Positions 36,062-45,280 of a stretch of DNA of 64,000 nt are shown piece by piece. Position 1 is the stretch's first letter; every line of letters begins with the position of its first letter. Source of the stretch: an uncultured Candidatus Saccharibacteria bacterium (GTDB lineage Bacteria > Patescibacteriota > Minisyncoccia > Phycocordibacterales > UBA918). The stretch lies in assembly GCA_964353135.1 (NCBI GenBank), contig CAYGTV010000004.1, positions 3,963 through 67,962 on the forward strand, in the 5' to 3' direction. The notes under the pieces were generated by a model. It was not told where the DNA came from and did not search any database. It saw only the letters and a list, made by a program, of their open reading frames with translations. The position numbers were made by a program, and so were the translations under genes.

Positions 36062-36751
36062 ATGCAAAAACCAGTAGCATTCTTTGACGTAGACGGCACA
36101 CTATTCCGCTCCAGTTTACTGATCGAGTTGGTCGAAGAACTGGTGCGTGAAGGAATTTTCCCTAGTGATGCGCAAACTGGCTATGCCCGATCGCATGCCG
36201 CCTGGCTGGCTCGAGAGGGAGCCTATGATGCGTACATCGACGCCGTAATTCAAACTTTTCTAACTCATATTAAAGGCGTACACTATGGGCAACTAGCAGA
36301 CATTGGTAGGCGGGTAGTGGCTCTCAAGAGTAAACGTGTGTATACATTTACTCGTGATTACGTCCAGGAATTAAAAGCGGATGGATATATAGTGATCGCG
36401 ATTTCTCAGTCTCCTAAAACTGTCCTCGATGAATTTTGTCGGCAGTATGGCTTTGACAAGGTCTACGGACGGATGTATGAAATTGGCCCCAGTGACTGTT
36501 TTACCGGTGAAGTGACAGATGAGCATTTGATTTCAAACAAGGCGAACATTGTAAATCGAGTGTTTGAACGCCATCTTGAGCTAACTCGGGAAGGTTCAAT
36601 CGCGGTAGGTGACACCGATGGTGATATTCCACTGCTTGAGAGTGTCGATCGACCGATCTGCTTTAATCCCAACCGGGCGCTACTTGATCACGCTAAAAGT
36701 CAGGGATGGGAAGTGGTTGTGGAGCGAAAGGACGTCATCTACAAACTGTAG
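36062..36751 (+). CDS. HAD-superfamily hydrolase (subfamily IB, phosphoserine-phosphatase-like)
   Basis: Motif I (FFDVDGTLF) and motif IV (GDTDGDIP). A TGATACAAT box lies 7 nt upstream of the ATG. Confidence 0.75.
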   Translation: MQKPVAFFDVDGTLFRSSLLIELVEELVREGIFPSDAQTGYARSHAAWLAREGAYDAYIDAVIQTFLTHIKGVHYGQLADIGRRVVALKSKRVYTFTRDYVQELKADGYIVIAISQSPKTVLDEFCRQYGFDKVYGRMYEIGPSDCFTGEVTDEHLISNKANIVNRVFERHLELTREGSIAVGDTDGDIPLLESVDRPICFNPNRALLDHAKSQGWEVVVERKDVIYKL

Positions 36752-36799
36752 TTGACGACATCTTATTTATTTTGTATTTTAAGTAAGTCTTTCGGGACT

Positions 36800-37235
36800 A
36801 TAGACATAAACGCGCTCATATACACGGATCGGACCCGGGGGCGGTACCCGGCGACTCCACCAAATTTCCATGAACTACTGTTCAGGCATCAGGGGTCGAA
36901 ATAGGATCGACGAACGTTTAAAAGGGTTAGCTTTGTCTCGGTGAGTCACCACCGTTATCGGTACAAATTTGACAAATGCAGATGAAAATCTTGCTGATGT
37001 GCCGCATCCGGCGTTTTTGCCGGCTGGTGCACAGGGTTCCGCAGCTTTTGCTTAAGGATCCGTCACTTTAAGCCCTTAGGTTTTGCAGCCTGAGGCGGGG
37101 TCCGAGGGTACCTGGCAACAGAAACCCTCATTTAGTTATTTAGCTTTAGAGATCAGCCTGGTGCGGCTGTTGTCAGAGGGAGTAGCGTGCCCTCATCAAT
37201 GTCAGATTGCCACTCGCGTGATCTGACATTTTTCG
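36800..37235 (+). ncRNA. ssrA: tmRNA (ssrA), apparently circularly permuted two-piece form
   Basis: T-arm/acceptor-3'-CCA (GGACCCGGG-GGCGGTA-CCCGG-CGACTCC-A-CCA) ends at 36862 and is followed by a 29-nt spacer. The 5' half GGGGTCGAAATAGGATCGACG begins at 36892 (compare E. coli GGGGCTGATTCTGGATTCGACG). The acceptor stem GGGGUCG/CGACUCC includes the G3:U70 Ala identity pair. A tag ORF starts at GCA 36978 (ADENLADVPHPAFLPAGAQGSAAFA, stop 37053-37055). A terminator hairpin sits at 37201-37235. The 5' boundary is uncertain. Confidence 0.75.
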
Positions 37236-37248
37236 TTATTATATAGAT

Positions 37249-37470
37249 ATGAAAAAGAAATTAACTCGAAATACAGAAGACAAATTGATTGCTGGCGTCA
37301 TGTCAGGTTTGGCTGATTATTTTGACCAAGATGTGGTTTTGTTCCGTTTACTTGGGGCAGCAGCTTTTGTGTTTACTGGGTTTGCACCGTTTGGGATTTT
37401 GTACATCTTTGCCTGGGTGATTATTCCTGAAAAGGGAGCGACTGATCCAGAATATACCGTGGTTGACTAG
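37249..37470 (+). CDS. PspC-domain membrane protein
   Basis: LTRNTEDKLIAGVMSGLADYF...LFRLL...YIFAWVIIP matches the PspC domain consensus. Confidence 0.75.
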   Translation: MKKKLTRNTEDKLIAGVMSGLADYFDQDVVLFRLLGAAAFVFTGFAPFGILYIFAWVIIPEKGATDPEYTVVD

Positions 37471-37471
37471 T

Positions 37472-38845
37472 ATGGTCGACGAACGTCGCGTACAACTAAA
37501 AAACGATAGAGAAGCTGGATATGGTCCGGTTGTATATGTGATGGCTCGTGAGCAGCGGGTGGATGACAACTGGGCGCTGCTGTACGCCCAGGAACAGGCC
37601 GTAGAGCGCGGTGTGTCTCTATGTGTACTGTTTGCCTTGGGTCCCATGTTTTGTAGCGGTACAGCGCGTCACAACGCCTGGATGCTGGCTTCGCTGCAAG
37701 AGGTCCAGTCAAACCTAGAGAAGCACAACATTCCTTTTTTTATAGAGATCGGTGAATGGAAAGATGTTATTCCTGCATTTGTAGACCGGCATGATGTGGG
37801 TGAATTAGTGTTTGATTTTAATCCGCTCCAGCCAGTGCGAGGTTGGCGAGATCAGGTTACGGCACAAGTGAATTGCAAAGTGGTCGAGGCGGATGCTCGC
37901 AACATTATTCCAGTCTGGGAAGCGAGTGATAAACTCGAATTTGCCGCTCATACTATTCGCAAGAAAATCCACCGTCGATTAGGTGAATTTTTGACAGATT
38001 TTCCAAATGTTAAAAAACAAAAAGTTGACTGGTTGGGCGAGGTGTCAAAGATTGATTGGGATGCTGTGGTTTCGTATCGACAGTTTGAGGTTGATGCTCC
38101 TGTACCAGATACATTCACACCTGGATCTGACGCAGCACAAGCCATGCTGCAGGATTTCATCGGTAATCGATTAGTTGGCTACAACGAACGACGTAATGAT
38201 CCAAATGAAGATGGGGTTTCTCACCTCTCTCCATATTTACGCTGGGGCAATATTTCTGCCCAGCGAGTTGCTCTAGAGGTAAAACGTCTGACCGGTATTC
38301 CAACCGAAGACAAAGAAGCTTTTTTGGAAGAGTTGATTGTTCGCCGTGAACTGACCGATAATTATGTCTACTATAATCCAGACTATAATCAGGTAGGTGG
38401 AGCGCACGCATGGGCCCAAAAGACCATCAGAGCGCACGAAAGTGACAAACGTGAGTATATCTACACGTTAGAACAATTTGAGCAGGCACAGACTCATGAT
38501 GACCTCTGGAACGCTGCTCAGATTCAGATGGTGCAAGGGGGTAAGATGCATGGGTACTTGCGGATGTACTGGGCAAAAAAGATCCTCGAGTGGACACCGG
38601 ACGCGCAAACTGCTATCGATACAGCCTTAACGCTTAATGATCGCTATAACCTTGATGGGCGCGATTCAAACGGGGTTGTGGGTGTAATGTGGTCTATCTG
38701 TGGGGTGCACGATCGAGCGTGGACCGAACGAGACGTGTTTGGAAAAATCCGCTATATGAATTACAACGGATGTAAACGAAAGTTTGATGTCCCCGCGTTT
38801 GTAGCGAAATATACCGTTGATCAAGAATCGATGTTTAATGACTAA
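37472..38845 (+). CDS. phr: class II CPD deoxyribodipyrimidine photolyase
   Basis: N-terminal RVQLKN...GPVVYVMAREQRVDDNWALLYAQ (class II photolyase signature) and a C-terminal FAD-binding region (GKMHGYLRMYWAKKILEW). Confidence 0.8.
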   Translation: MVDERRVQLKNDREAGYGPVVYVMAREQRVDDNWALLYAQEQAVERGVSLCVLFALGPMFCSGTARHNAWMLASLQEVQSNLEKHNIPFFIEIGEWKDVIPAFVDRHDVGELVFDFNPLQPVRGWRDQVTAQVNCKVVEADARNIIPVWEASDKLEFAAHTIRKKIHRRLGEFLTDFPNVKKQKVDWLGEVSKIDWDAVVSYRQFEVDAPVPDTFTPGSDAAQAMLQDFIGNRLVGYNERRNDPNEDGVSHLSPYLRWGNISAQRVALEVKRLTGIPTEDKEAFLEELIVRRELTDNYVYYNPDYNQVGGAHAWAQKTIRAHESDKREYIYTLEQFEQAQTHDDLWNAAQIQMVQGGKMHGYLRMYWAKKILEWTPDAQTAIDTALTLNDRYNLDGRDSNGVVGVMWSICGVHDRAWTERDVFGKIRYMNYNGCKRKFDVPAFVAKYTVDQESMFND

Positions 38846-39650
38846 ACAAGAACAGGAGTTTCAAACCTTCGTACTAGATTGGTATGAAAAGTGTGGCCGC
38901 CATGATTTGCCGTGGCGACAAACACATGATCCGTACTGCGTGCTGGTGTCGGAACTTATGTTACAGCAGACACAGGTAGTGCGAGTCATTCCAAAGTACG
39001 AAGCTTTTATTAAAAAATATCCAACTGCGCAAAAACTAGCCAAGGCAAGTCTTGGTGATGTGTTGCGTATGTGGCAGGGATTGGGTTACAACCGTCGAGC
39101 AAAATTTTTACTCCAGTGTGCTCAAGAAATTACCTTAAGTCATAAAGGGAAATTCCCGACAGAATATACTGACTTATTGAAACTGCCAGGAATTGGCCCT
39201 TATACAGCAGCAGCTATCTGCGCATTTGCATACAATCAGCCGATCGAACTAGTAGAAACAAATGTAAGGCAGGTCTATATTCACCATTTTTTCGGGCGGG
39301 TAGAAGAAGTGACTGATGTCCAGATTCTAGAGAAAGTACGCCGTACACTACCTGCCGATCATTCACGCGAGTGGTACGCTTCCCTGATGGACTACGGTAG
39401 TCATTTAAAAGCCTGTAATGGCAATAACACCAGGAAGATAAAGGGGTATACCAAACAATCCCAGTTCAAAGGTAGTGACAGGGAAGTAAGGGCAGCGATT
39501 GTGCGAGCTTTGACTAAACAACCTTTAACTAAAACAGAGCTGTGGAAAGAATTAGATCGCTACGACCAAGCGAAAATCCAACCCCAGCTAGATATATTGT
39601 TGGCTGAAGAGATGGTGGGTGAAAAGAAAGGGAGTTATCGTTTACCTTAA
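38838..39650 (+). CDS. mutY: HhH-GPD adenine DNA glycosylase (MutY-like, lacks NUDIX C-terminal domain)
   Basis: DLPWRQTHDPYCVLVSELMLQQTQV and LPGIGPYTAAAI (HhH-GPD motifs). 277 aa. The start overlaps the photolyase stop. Confidence 0.65.
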   Translation: MTKQEQEFQTFVLDWYEKCGRHDLPWRQTHDPYCVLVSELMLQQTQVVRVIPKYEAFIKKYPTAQKLAKASLGDVLRMWQGLGYNRRAKFLLQCAQEITLSHKGKFPTEYTDLLKLPGIGPYTAAAICAFAYNQPIELVETNVRQVYIHHFFGRVEEVTDVQILEKVRRTLPADHSREWYASLMDYGSHLKACNGNNTRKIKGYTKQSQFKGSDREVRAAIVRALTKQPLTKTELWKELDRYDQAKIQPQLDILLAEEMVGEKKGSYRLP

Positions 39651-40856
39651 TTATTTCGTATCCTCAATATACAGCGTGCAAAACATCGCTGGCACCATCA
39701 GGAGAGCAAACACAACAAACAAAAAATGAAACGGGATATAGAGTAGAGCCAAACTGGCGATAACAGCACCAAGAACGTATGCCAGTGGCCGAGTTAGGCG
39801 GAAGAAACTGATGATCTGTGCATCCGATGATTTGGTTTGTTTAAAGAAGTACGACTCAGTTGTTACCTCAACCAGGGCCGCACCTACCCGGGTAGTAAAC
39901 ATGATGATTGACCAAACCAGTACGCTGGCAACTGTCACAAAAGACATCCACGAGGTGGCGATGATAATAATGAGAAAGCCAAAGCCCATCATTTCCTTTT
40001 CACCAATGTACCGGTCAGCAATGATTCCAATTGGGTACTCAAATAGCACGTAAGCTAACTGAGCAAAGAACATGATAATCCCAAACTCAGCCCAGCTGAG
40101 TCCAATACGGCTCGTAAGATAGAGTGGTGTATATACCACCATCATCATAAAAAACATCTGGAGCAAAAACCCCGCAATAAACACACTACGAATATTCACA
40201 TTTGCCCAAAAGGTGTTAATAGCTGAGAACAAATCAATTTCGCCATACTCTGGGTCGGAAAAGTCCTTAAAGAAAAATAGCAATATAATTAATACCGGGA
40301 TCAAGGTTGCCGCACTAACTAAATATGCATTGGTAAAATCTGATCCGTCTGTACTGATTAGTAGCCCACTAATCAATGGCGAGCAGGCCCCAACTAGACT
40401 GGCAAGCGTGAGTAGTAAACCACGACTAGAGCCGGTCCCACTTTCGTCATTCCCGATGCGTTCCTCCATAAACACATCTAGGTTAAATATAATCAGCGGT
40501 ACAGTTATGAGGTGTACGATAAACAACGGTATGGCGACTTCAAGCGTGGTGGCAAACGACATCCCTAGTACGGCCGCAAAGTTTGCACACAGTAGTCCAA
40601 CGGTTAGTTTAAAGTTGCCAACCTTCTTCAGTACTCGCGAAATGAATAAAAAGACCAAAACACTTAGGGCTGATCCAACTGTGTAGATGGTTCCTACACT
40701 CGCAGTGTCTATGAATTGCTCAAGAAACGATGAGTTGATGTATGCAACGACAAAGGTGTGAAATACCAAGAGCAAAACCGCGGCATAGACCGGGATGAGT
40801 TTCCGTTTAGGGTTACGGCGAAGGACAACGCTGTGGGAGGCTTTGGGCATATTCAT
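39651..40856 (-). CDS. MFS transporter
   Basis: About 12 TM segments. The start is chosen at MNMPKAS. Confidence 0.7.
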   Translation of the reverse strand: MNMPKASHSVVLRRNPKRKLIPVYAAVLLLVFHTFVVAYINSSFLEQFIDTASVGTIYTVGSALSVLVFLFISRVLKKVGNFKLTVGLLCANFAAVLGMSFATTLEVAIPLFIVHLITVPLIIFNLDVFMEERIGNDESGTGSSRGLLLTLASLVGACSPLISGLLISTDGSDFTNAYLVSAATLIPVLIILLFFFKDFSDPEYGEIDLFSAINTFWANVNIRSVFIAGFLLQMFFMMMVVYTPLYLTSRIGLSWAEFGIIMFFAQLAYVLFEYPIGIIADRYIGEKEMMGFGFLIIIIATSWMSFVTVASVLVWSIIMFTTRVGAALVEVTTESYFFKQTKSSDAQIISFFRLTRPLAYVLGAVIASLALLYIPFHFLFVVFALLMVPAMFCTLYIEDTK

Positions 40857-40919
40857 ACAGTATAAGCCGCCCGGGACGTAGTCCCGGGCGGCTGTACACA
40901 TTGCTTCACTATGCTTGGA

Positions 40920-42971
40920 TTAAATACCGATTAAAACCGGGATTACCATTGGGTTCTTGGATGTCTTTTGCATCAAGAATCCGGAAAGTTTGTTAGTGAC
41001 TTCTTCTTTGGCAATTTCTAAGTCAATTGGATGTTGGCCGTTTGTGCACTGTTCGATTGTTCGTTTTACGAGTACTCGTGCCTCTGATAGCAACTGCTGA
41101 TTCTCTCGCAAATACACGAATCCTCGTGAGATGATGTCTGGAGATTTTCGAAGCTTCCCAGTCTTACTGTTTACGGTGGCAATCACCACAAACATTCCAT
41201 CTTCGGACAGGCTCTTTCGATCACGTAGGACTACTTCTTGACGAGTTCCGACGGTAAATCCATCTACCATAAGTTGGTCGTTAGGGATTGTCATCGATAG
41301 TCTGGTCAGTTCCTCACCGTTTTTGATGTCGATGATGGTTCCGGTATCAGGCACAATCACGTTATCAGCCGGGAAGCCGTTTTCAACCGCTGCGTACTTG
41401 TGAGCCTTCAAGAATGCATGGTGTCCGTGAACCGGGATCAGGAATTTTGGTTTGACGGCTTTATGCACCCAAACGAGTTCTCCAGCGTTTCCGTGACCAG
41501 ACGCGTGAACGTGTGATCCTTGGAAGTTGGTAATTCGTACGTTCATACGTGAAATGTTGTCTCGTAGTTTTTGAACAGAAATTTCGTTTCCAGGGATAAC
41601 TGATGATGAGAGCACAATAGTGTCTCGCTCAGTTAGAGTGATGAACTTGTGTTTGTTGGTTGCCATTCGCATCAACGCGGCAAACTCTTCTCCTTGGGCG
41701 CCAGTTGAAAGGACGATGATCTTGTCAGACGGGTAGTCTTTGATGTCGTGTCCTTGGATAAATGTCTTTGGATCAACTTCGATCAATTTTGCTTTGATAG
41801 CAATTTCGACGTTAGTTTTCATACTTCGTCCTTCAAGGATCACTTTTTTACCAGTTTCTTCACACACTTTGATCACACTGATGAGACGGTCAAACTGTGA
41901 CGCAAATGTCCCAATGATCAGACGACCCGTGGCGTTACGGATGATTTCTTCTAGCGTTTCAAACACGCGGGACTCAGAAGCAGAGAAACCAGCTCGTTCA
42001 GCGTTAGTCGAGTCACATAGTAGAGCGAGGTTGTTGTTGAGTCCTACCTTTTCCCATGATGATCGTTCTTCGACAACCACTTCACCGTCTTCGTGGACTA
42101 GCTTGATGTCACCAGTCACAACCACGTCACCGTGTTTAGTTTCAACTCCGATACCCATAGCGTCAGGGATTGAGTGAGTAACTGGGAAGGTCTTGATTCG
42201 TGTTTTTCCAACCGTGAACGCTTCACCTTCTTTGATTACGTTCATAGTCACTGGTTCCATTTGTGGGAACTCCTCCTGTCGCTTGAGGATCATCAGTGAG
42301 GTTAAGTATTGGGTGTAGATTGGCGGGTTGCCAATTCGCTCCATAATAAATGGAATTCCTCCGATATGGTCGAGGTGACCGTGAGTCACAACTAGGGCGC
42401 GAATTTTATGCTTTCGTTCTTCTAGGTACTGGGTGTTTGGCAGGATGTAGTTGATCCCAGGGGCATTTGATTCTTCGGATACAAACTGGAAACCAGCGTC
42501 GACAACGATGATGTCGTCTTTGGTTTCGATTATGTTCATGTTTCGACCGATTTCTTCAACACCAGAGACGGTGATGATTCGAACTGTGTCTTCGTCAGTG
42601 ATTTCTGGAATTTTTCCGCCATGAGCCTCGCCCGCACCTAGTCGGTGCGTTAGGGCAGGAGCTTTGTCTGATCGCCTTTGCTGAGGTCGGCGTCCCTTTC
42701 CTCGCTGAGGTCGTCCTCCACCAGTTGGTGCACCACCACGCTGAGGTCCCCGTCCTTGTGGTCGAGTCCGTGGTCCACCAGTTGGACGTCCGCCACCCGG
42801 ACGCTGTGAACTACCACGTGTACCACGTGGTCGAGCAGGAGCAGCACTGGCCTGCGGTGCTGGTCGTTCAGCCGCTTTTGGGTTTGAACCATCACGATTT
42901 CCAAATGGGCGTCGCGTTCGCCTTGGCTTGTCAGCGTTACTGTTTGTTTGAGTATTGTTTGTTTCGTTCAT
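40920..42971 (-). CDS. rnj: ribonuclease J with Arg/Gly/Pro-rich N-terminal extension
   Basis: Metallo-beta-lactamase HxHxDH motif (VVTHGHLDHIGG), beta-CASP and C-terminal domains. About 110 N-terminal residues are low-complexity R/G/P/Q-rich. Confidence 0.85.
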   Translation of the reverse strand: MNETNNTQTNSNADKPRRTRRPFGNRDGSNPKAAERPAPQASAAPARPRGTRGSSQRPGGGRPTGGPRTRPQGRGPQRGGAPTGGGRPQRGKGRRPQQRRSDKAPALTHRLGAGEAHGGKIPEITDEDTVRIITVSGVEEIGRNMNIIETKDDIIVVDAGFQFVSEESNAPGINYILPNTQYLEERKHKIRALVVTHGHLDHIGGIPFIMERIGNPPIYTQYLTSLMILKRQEEFPQMEPVTMNVIKEGEAFTVGKTRIKTFPVTHSIPDAMGIGVETKHGDVVVTGDIKLVHEDGEVVVEERSSWEKVGLNNNLALLCDSTNAERAGFSASESRVFETLEEIIRNATGRLIIGTFASQFDRLISVIKVCEETGKKVILEGRSMKTNVEIAIKAKLIEVDPKTFIQGHDIKDYPSDKIIVLSTGAQGEEFAALMRMATNKHKFITLTERDTIVLSSSVIPGNEISVQKLRDNISRMNVRITNFQGSHVHASGHGNAGELVWVHKAVKPKFLIPVHGHHAFLKAHKYAAVENGFPADNVIVPDTGTIIDIKNGEELTRLSMTIPNDQLMVDGFTVGTRQEVVLRDRKSLSEDGMFVVIATVNSKTGKLRKSPDIISRGFVYLRENQQLLSEARVLVKRTIEQCTNGQHPIDLEIAKEEVTNKLSGFLMQKTSKNPMVIPVLIGI

Positions 42972-43012
42972 GTTTACTTGTTTAATTAATTACGTTGTTC
43001 GCAATATGAAAA

Positions 43013-44755
43013 TTATTGAGTTGCTTCTACCTCTGTTCTAAAAAATGGCCATAGCGCTCTTGTGTCTGTGTTCCAGAGGGCAATGTTGCTAAATCGGTCT
43101 GATGGGCGAGAAATTTGGTTCATCGGTGCAGTCCTAATGTCAGGAGTCACGATGTACACATTGGTCGGCTGGAACAAAAAGATTGCTGGTCGTTCGGCTG
43201 TGATAACTGCTAGAGCGCTGTCGGTCGCTTTGTTTCGGTCAGCTTGCACCTGGCTGACTCGGGCGGTCTCAAGGAAATCATCCACAGTTAAATTGGCGTA
43301 CTGGGTGATATTCAAGCCAGGATCGTTTTGTTGTGACGAGTGCCAAAAAGGGAAGAGATCGCGCGATCTACTGATGTCTAGTCCAAACAGCAAGACATTA
43401 AAATCTCGTGGTCGAATGACGGATTGGACTAGGTCTGTTTGCTCGTATTGCTCTGTCAAAACTGTAACCCCGAGCTCGCGCCAGCTAGCAGTCACTGCTT
43501 CCAAGGTTGATTCTAGAGTAGGGTTGTTAGCTGTACGGATTGTAACCGTAAGTGGTACAACCGAATCGTCAATTTCTTTCTCCCAGGTTCCGATTGTGTT
43601 ACGTGTCCAGTCGGCTTCTTCTAGTAGTGAACGAGCGGCAGCGAACCGCTGTTCCTGTGATTCTGTACCCTGGAGATTGACTTCTTCTGATTCTACCGTA
43701 GTTGTCGAGGTTGCGGTAGACGCTAGGCTGGGGATGCCGCTACCGCTGAGAGCCTGGTCGATGATTGCTTGCCGATCCAGTACCAGTTCGAGGGCTTCTC
43801 GCACTGCTGCGTCTCGTAGTGCAACGGATCGGTTTTGGTTAAAAAATAGCCCAAACGTTCTCGGTAGCGGAGTGTTGATTACGTTGAAATCAGTCGTGTC
43901 CACTTCTGTCAGAAGTTCGGCTGGAATGTAGGCAGTAGCATCGATATCACCAGCCTCTAGTGCCGCGATCAGCGACGCTTCGGTCGCAAAGAACTGCAAG
44001 GTGATAGTCTCAATTAGTGGTGACTGGTAGTGGTTTGCTGCAGCAGTCAGGCTGTATGCTTCGACGGTTCCGCTACGTGAAAATTTAGCTTCGCTAACCA
44101 TGTAGGGACCACTTCCAATAGGAGTAGTATTGAACTCACTAAATGGTACTTGCTCAATCGGGACAGTTCGCCAGATGTGCGCTGGCAATATTCCTAACGT
44201 AAAGTTTTCAATAAATGGTGCGTATGGTTCTGAAAGCGACACTAGTAGTGACTGTTCATCAACTACTTCCACAACTACTTCGTTCCAGTTTCCACGCAAG
44301 GGACTTTTCAGGTCAGCATTTTGAGCCAGGTCAATGGTAAATAGGACATCGTTAGCGGTTAGTTGTACACCATCATGGAAAAAAACATCAGTGCGTAGAT
44401 TGATCGTATAGGTTGTACCGTCGTCAGACACAACGACAGATTCAGCAATATCAGTAACCAGGTTTCCTTCGGGATCGATTTTCATCAAACCACTATAGAC
44501 AAGGGCTGTGATGTCCTGATCGGCTCGGGTTAGGGCTAGCACTGGGTTAGCAAACCGAGGGGTGCCCAGGATCCCTTCGGTTAACTCACCTCCAGCTGAT
44601 ACACCAGGTACAGAAACGATCTGATTGGCAACCAAGAGCGTCCAGATGAGTGCTGCAACCGTAATAGCTAGTAATATTCGCAAAAACCACCGATCGCTAG
44701 TTTTAGCGTTTTCGATCACGTTAACGATGTTTGTAACAGAGAAAAAGCGGGTCAT
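43013..44755 (-). CDS. ABC transporter substrate-binding protein, family 5 (oligopeptide/dipeptide-type)
   Basis: 580 aa with an N-terminal TM anchor and an SBP_bac_5-like region (VLALTRADQDITALVYSGLMKIDPEGNLVTDIAES). No permease or ATPase genes are adjacent. Confidence 0.7.
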   Translation of the reverse strand: MTRFFSVTNIVNVIENAKTSDRWFLRILLAITVAALIWTLLVANQIVSVPGVSAGGELTEGILGTPRFANPVLALTRADQDITALVYSGLMKIDPEGNLVTDIAESVVVSDDGTTYTINLRTDVFFHDGVQLTANDVLFTIDLAQNADLKSPLRGNWNEVVVEVVDEQSLLVSLSEPYAPFIENFTLGILPAHIWRTVPIEQVPFSEFNTTPIGSGPYMVSEAKFSRSGTVEAYSLTAAANHYQSPLIETITLQFFATEASLIAALEAGDIDATAYIPAELLTEVDTTDFNVINTPLPRTFGLFFNQNRSVALRDAAVREALELVLDRQAIIDQALSGSGIPSLASTATSTTTVESEEVNLQGTESQEQRFAAARSLLEEADWTRNTIGTWEKEIDDSVVPLTVTIRTANNPTLESTLEAVTASWRELGVTVLTEQYEQTDLVQSVIRPRDFNVLLFGLDISRSRDLFPFWHSSQQNDPGLNITQYANLTVDDFLETARVSQVQADRNKATDSALAVITAERPAIFLFQPTNVYIVTPDIRTAPMNQISRPSDRFSNIALWNTDTRALWPFFRTEVEATQ

Positions 44756-44809
44756 GTAGTTCAGGCGTGCACGCTAGTGCTAGCACGTGTTATACAAATT
44801 ATTCGACGA

Positions 44810-45049
44810 CTAGAGCAGTACGTTCAAAAACGTAGAGAACACAAAGAGAATTGACACTCCGATAGAAAATCGAAAGAGGAATTCTTCTGCACCACGTCGC
44901 TTGTTGAACGCTGAGCTAAAGTTGTCTCCACCAAAAGCGCCACCTAGGCTTGATCCTCGCTGTTGTAGGAGAATTGCTGTGACGAGTAGGATGGAGAGAA
45001 TAATCTGAATGTAGGGCAGTACGTTGAGTACCGTTTCAATAAGATTCAT
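44810..45049 (-). CDS. secG: preprotein translocase subunit SecG
   Basis: 79 aa with ILLQQRGSSLGGAFGG and two TM helices. Confidence 0.8.
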   Translation of the reverse strand: MNLIETVLNVLPYIQIILSILLVTAILLQQRGSSLGGAFGGDNFSSAFNKRRGAEEFLFRFSIGVSILFVFSTFLNVLL

Positions 45050-45280
45050 GTGGCCAGAAGTGTATCAGAAGGTGAAATGGTTGGCAATAGAAAACGGCGA
45101 GACTCATGGCCCTGCCGTTACAACCCTGCAGAAGGAACAGTAAACGGTCCCAGCATCACGCATCAGCCAGAGAAGTTTGATTTTGCTGCTGACACGCACC
45201 CTGACCACAGCCCTACGAACGTAGCGGAACGAGTGTTAGGGTTGGTGTTTATAAAATAGTTTATATTTTAAATTATTGCA

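Noticed and set aside
36800-37235. Standard (non-permuted) tmRNA architecture
   Set aside because: No T-arm or CCA terminus exists between the tag ORF and the terminator at 37201-37235. The only CCA-ending tRNA-like 3' half lies upstream of the GGGG 5' end.
36752-37248. Alternative identities for the 500-bp ORF-free structured region (RNase P RNA, 6S RNA, riboswitch)
   Set aside because: The GGGGUCGAAAUAGGAUCGACG 5' motif, the G3:U70 acceptor pairing with a CCA-ending T-arm, and an Ala-initiated tag ORF identify it as tmRNA. No RNase P P4-type GGAAAGUCCGG...ACAGAACCCGGCUUA motifs were seen.
43062-43931. 289-aa plus-strand ORF antisense to the substrate-binding protein gene
   Set aside because: Ser/Arg/Ala-rich translation antisense to a gene with clear family-5 SBP similarity. 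It is a shadow ORF.
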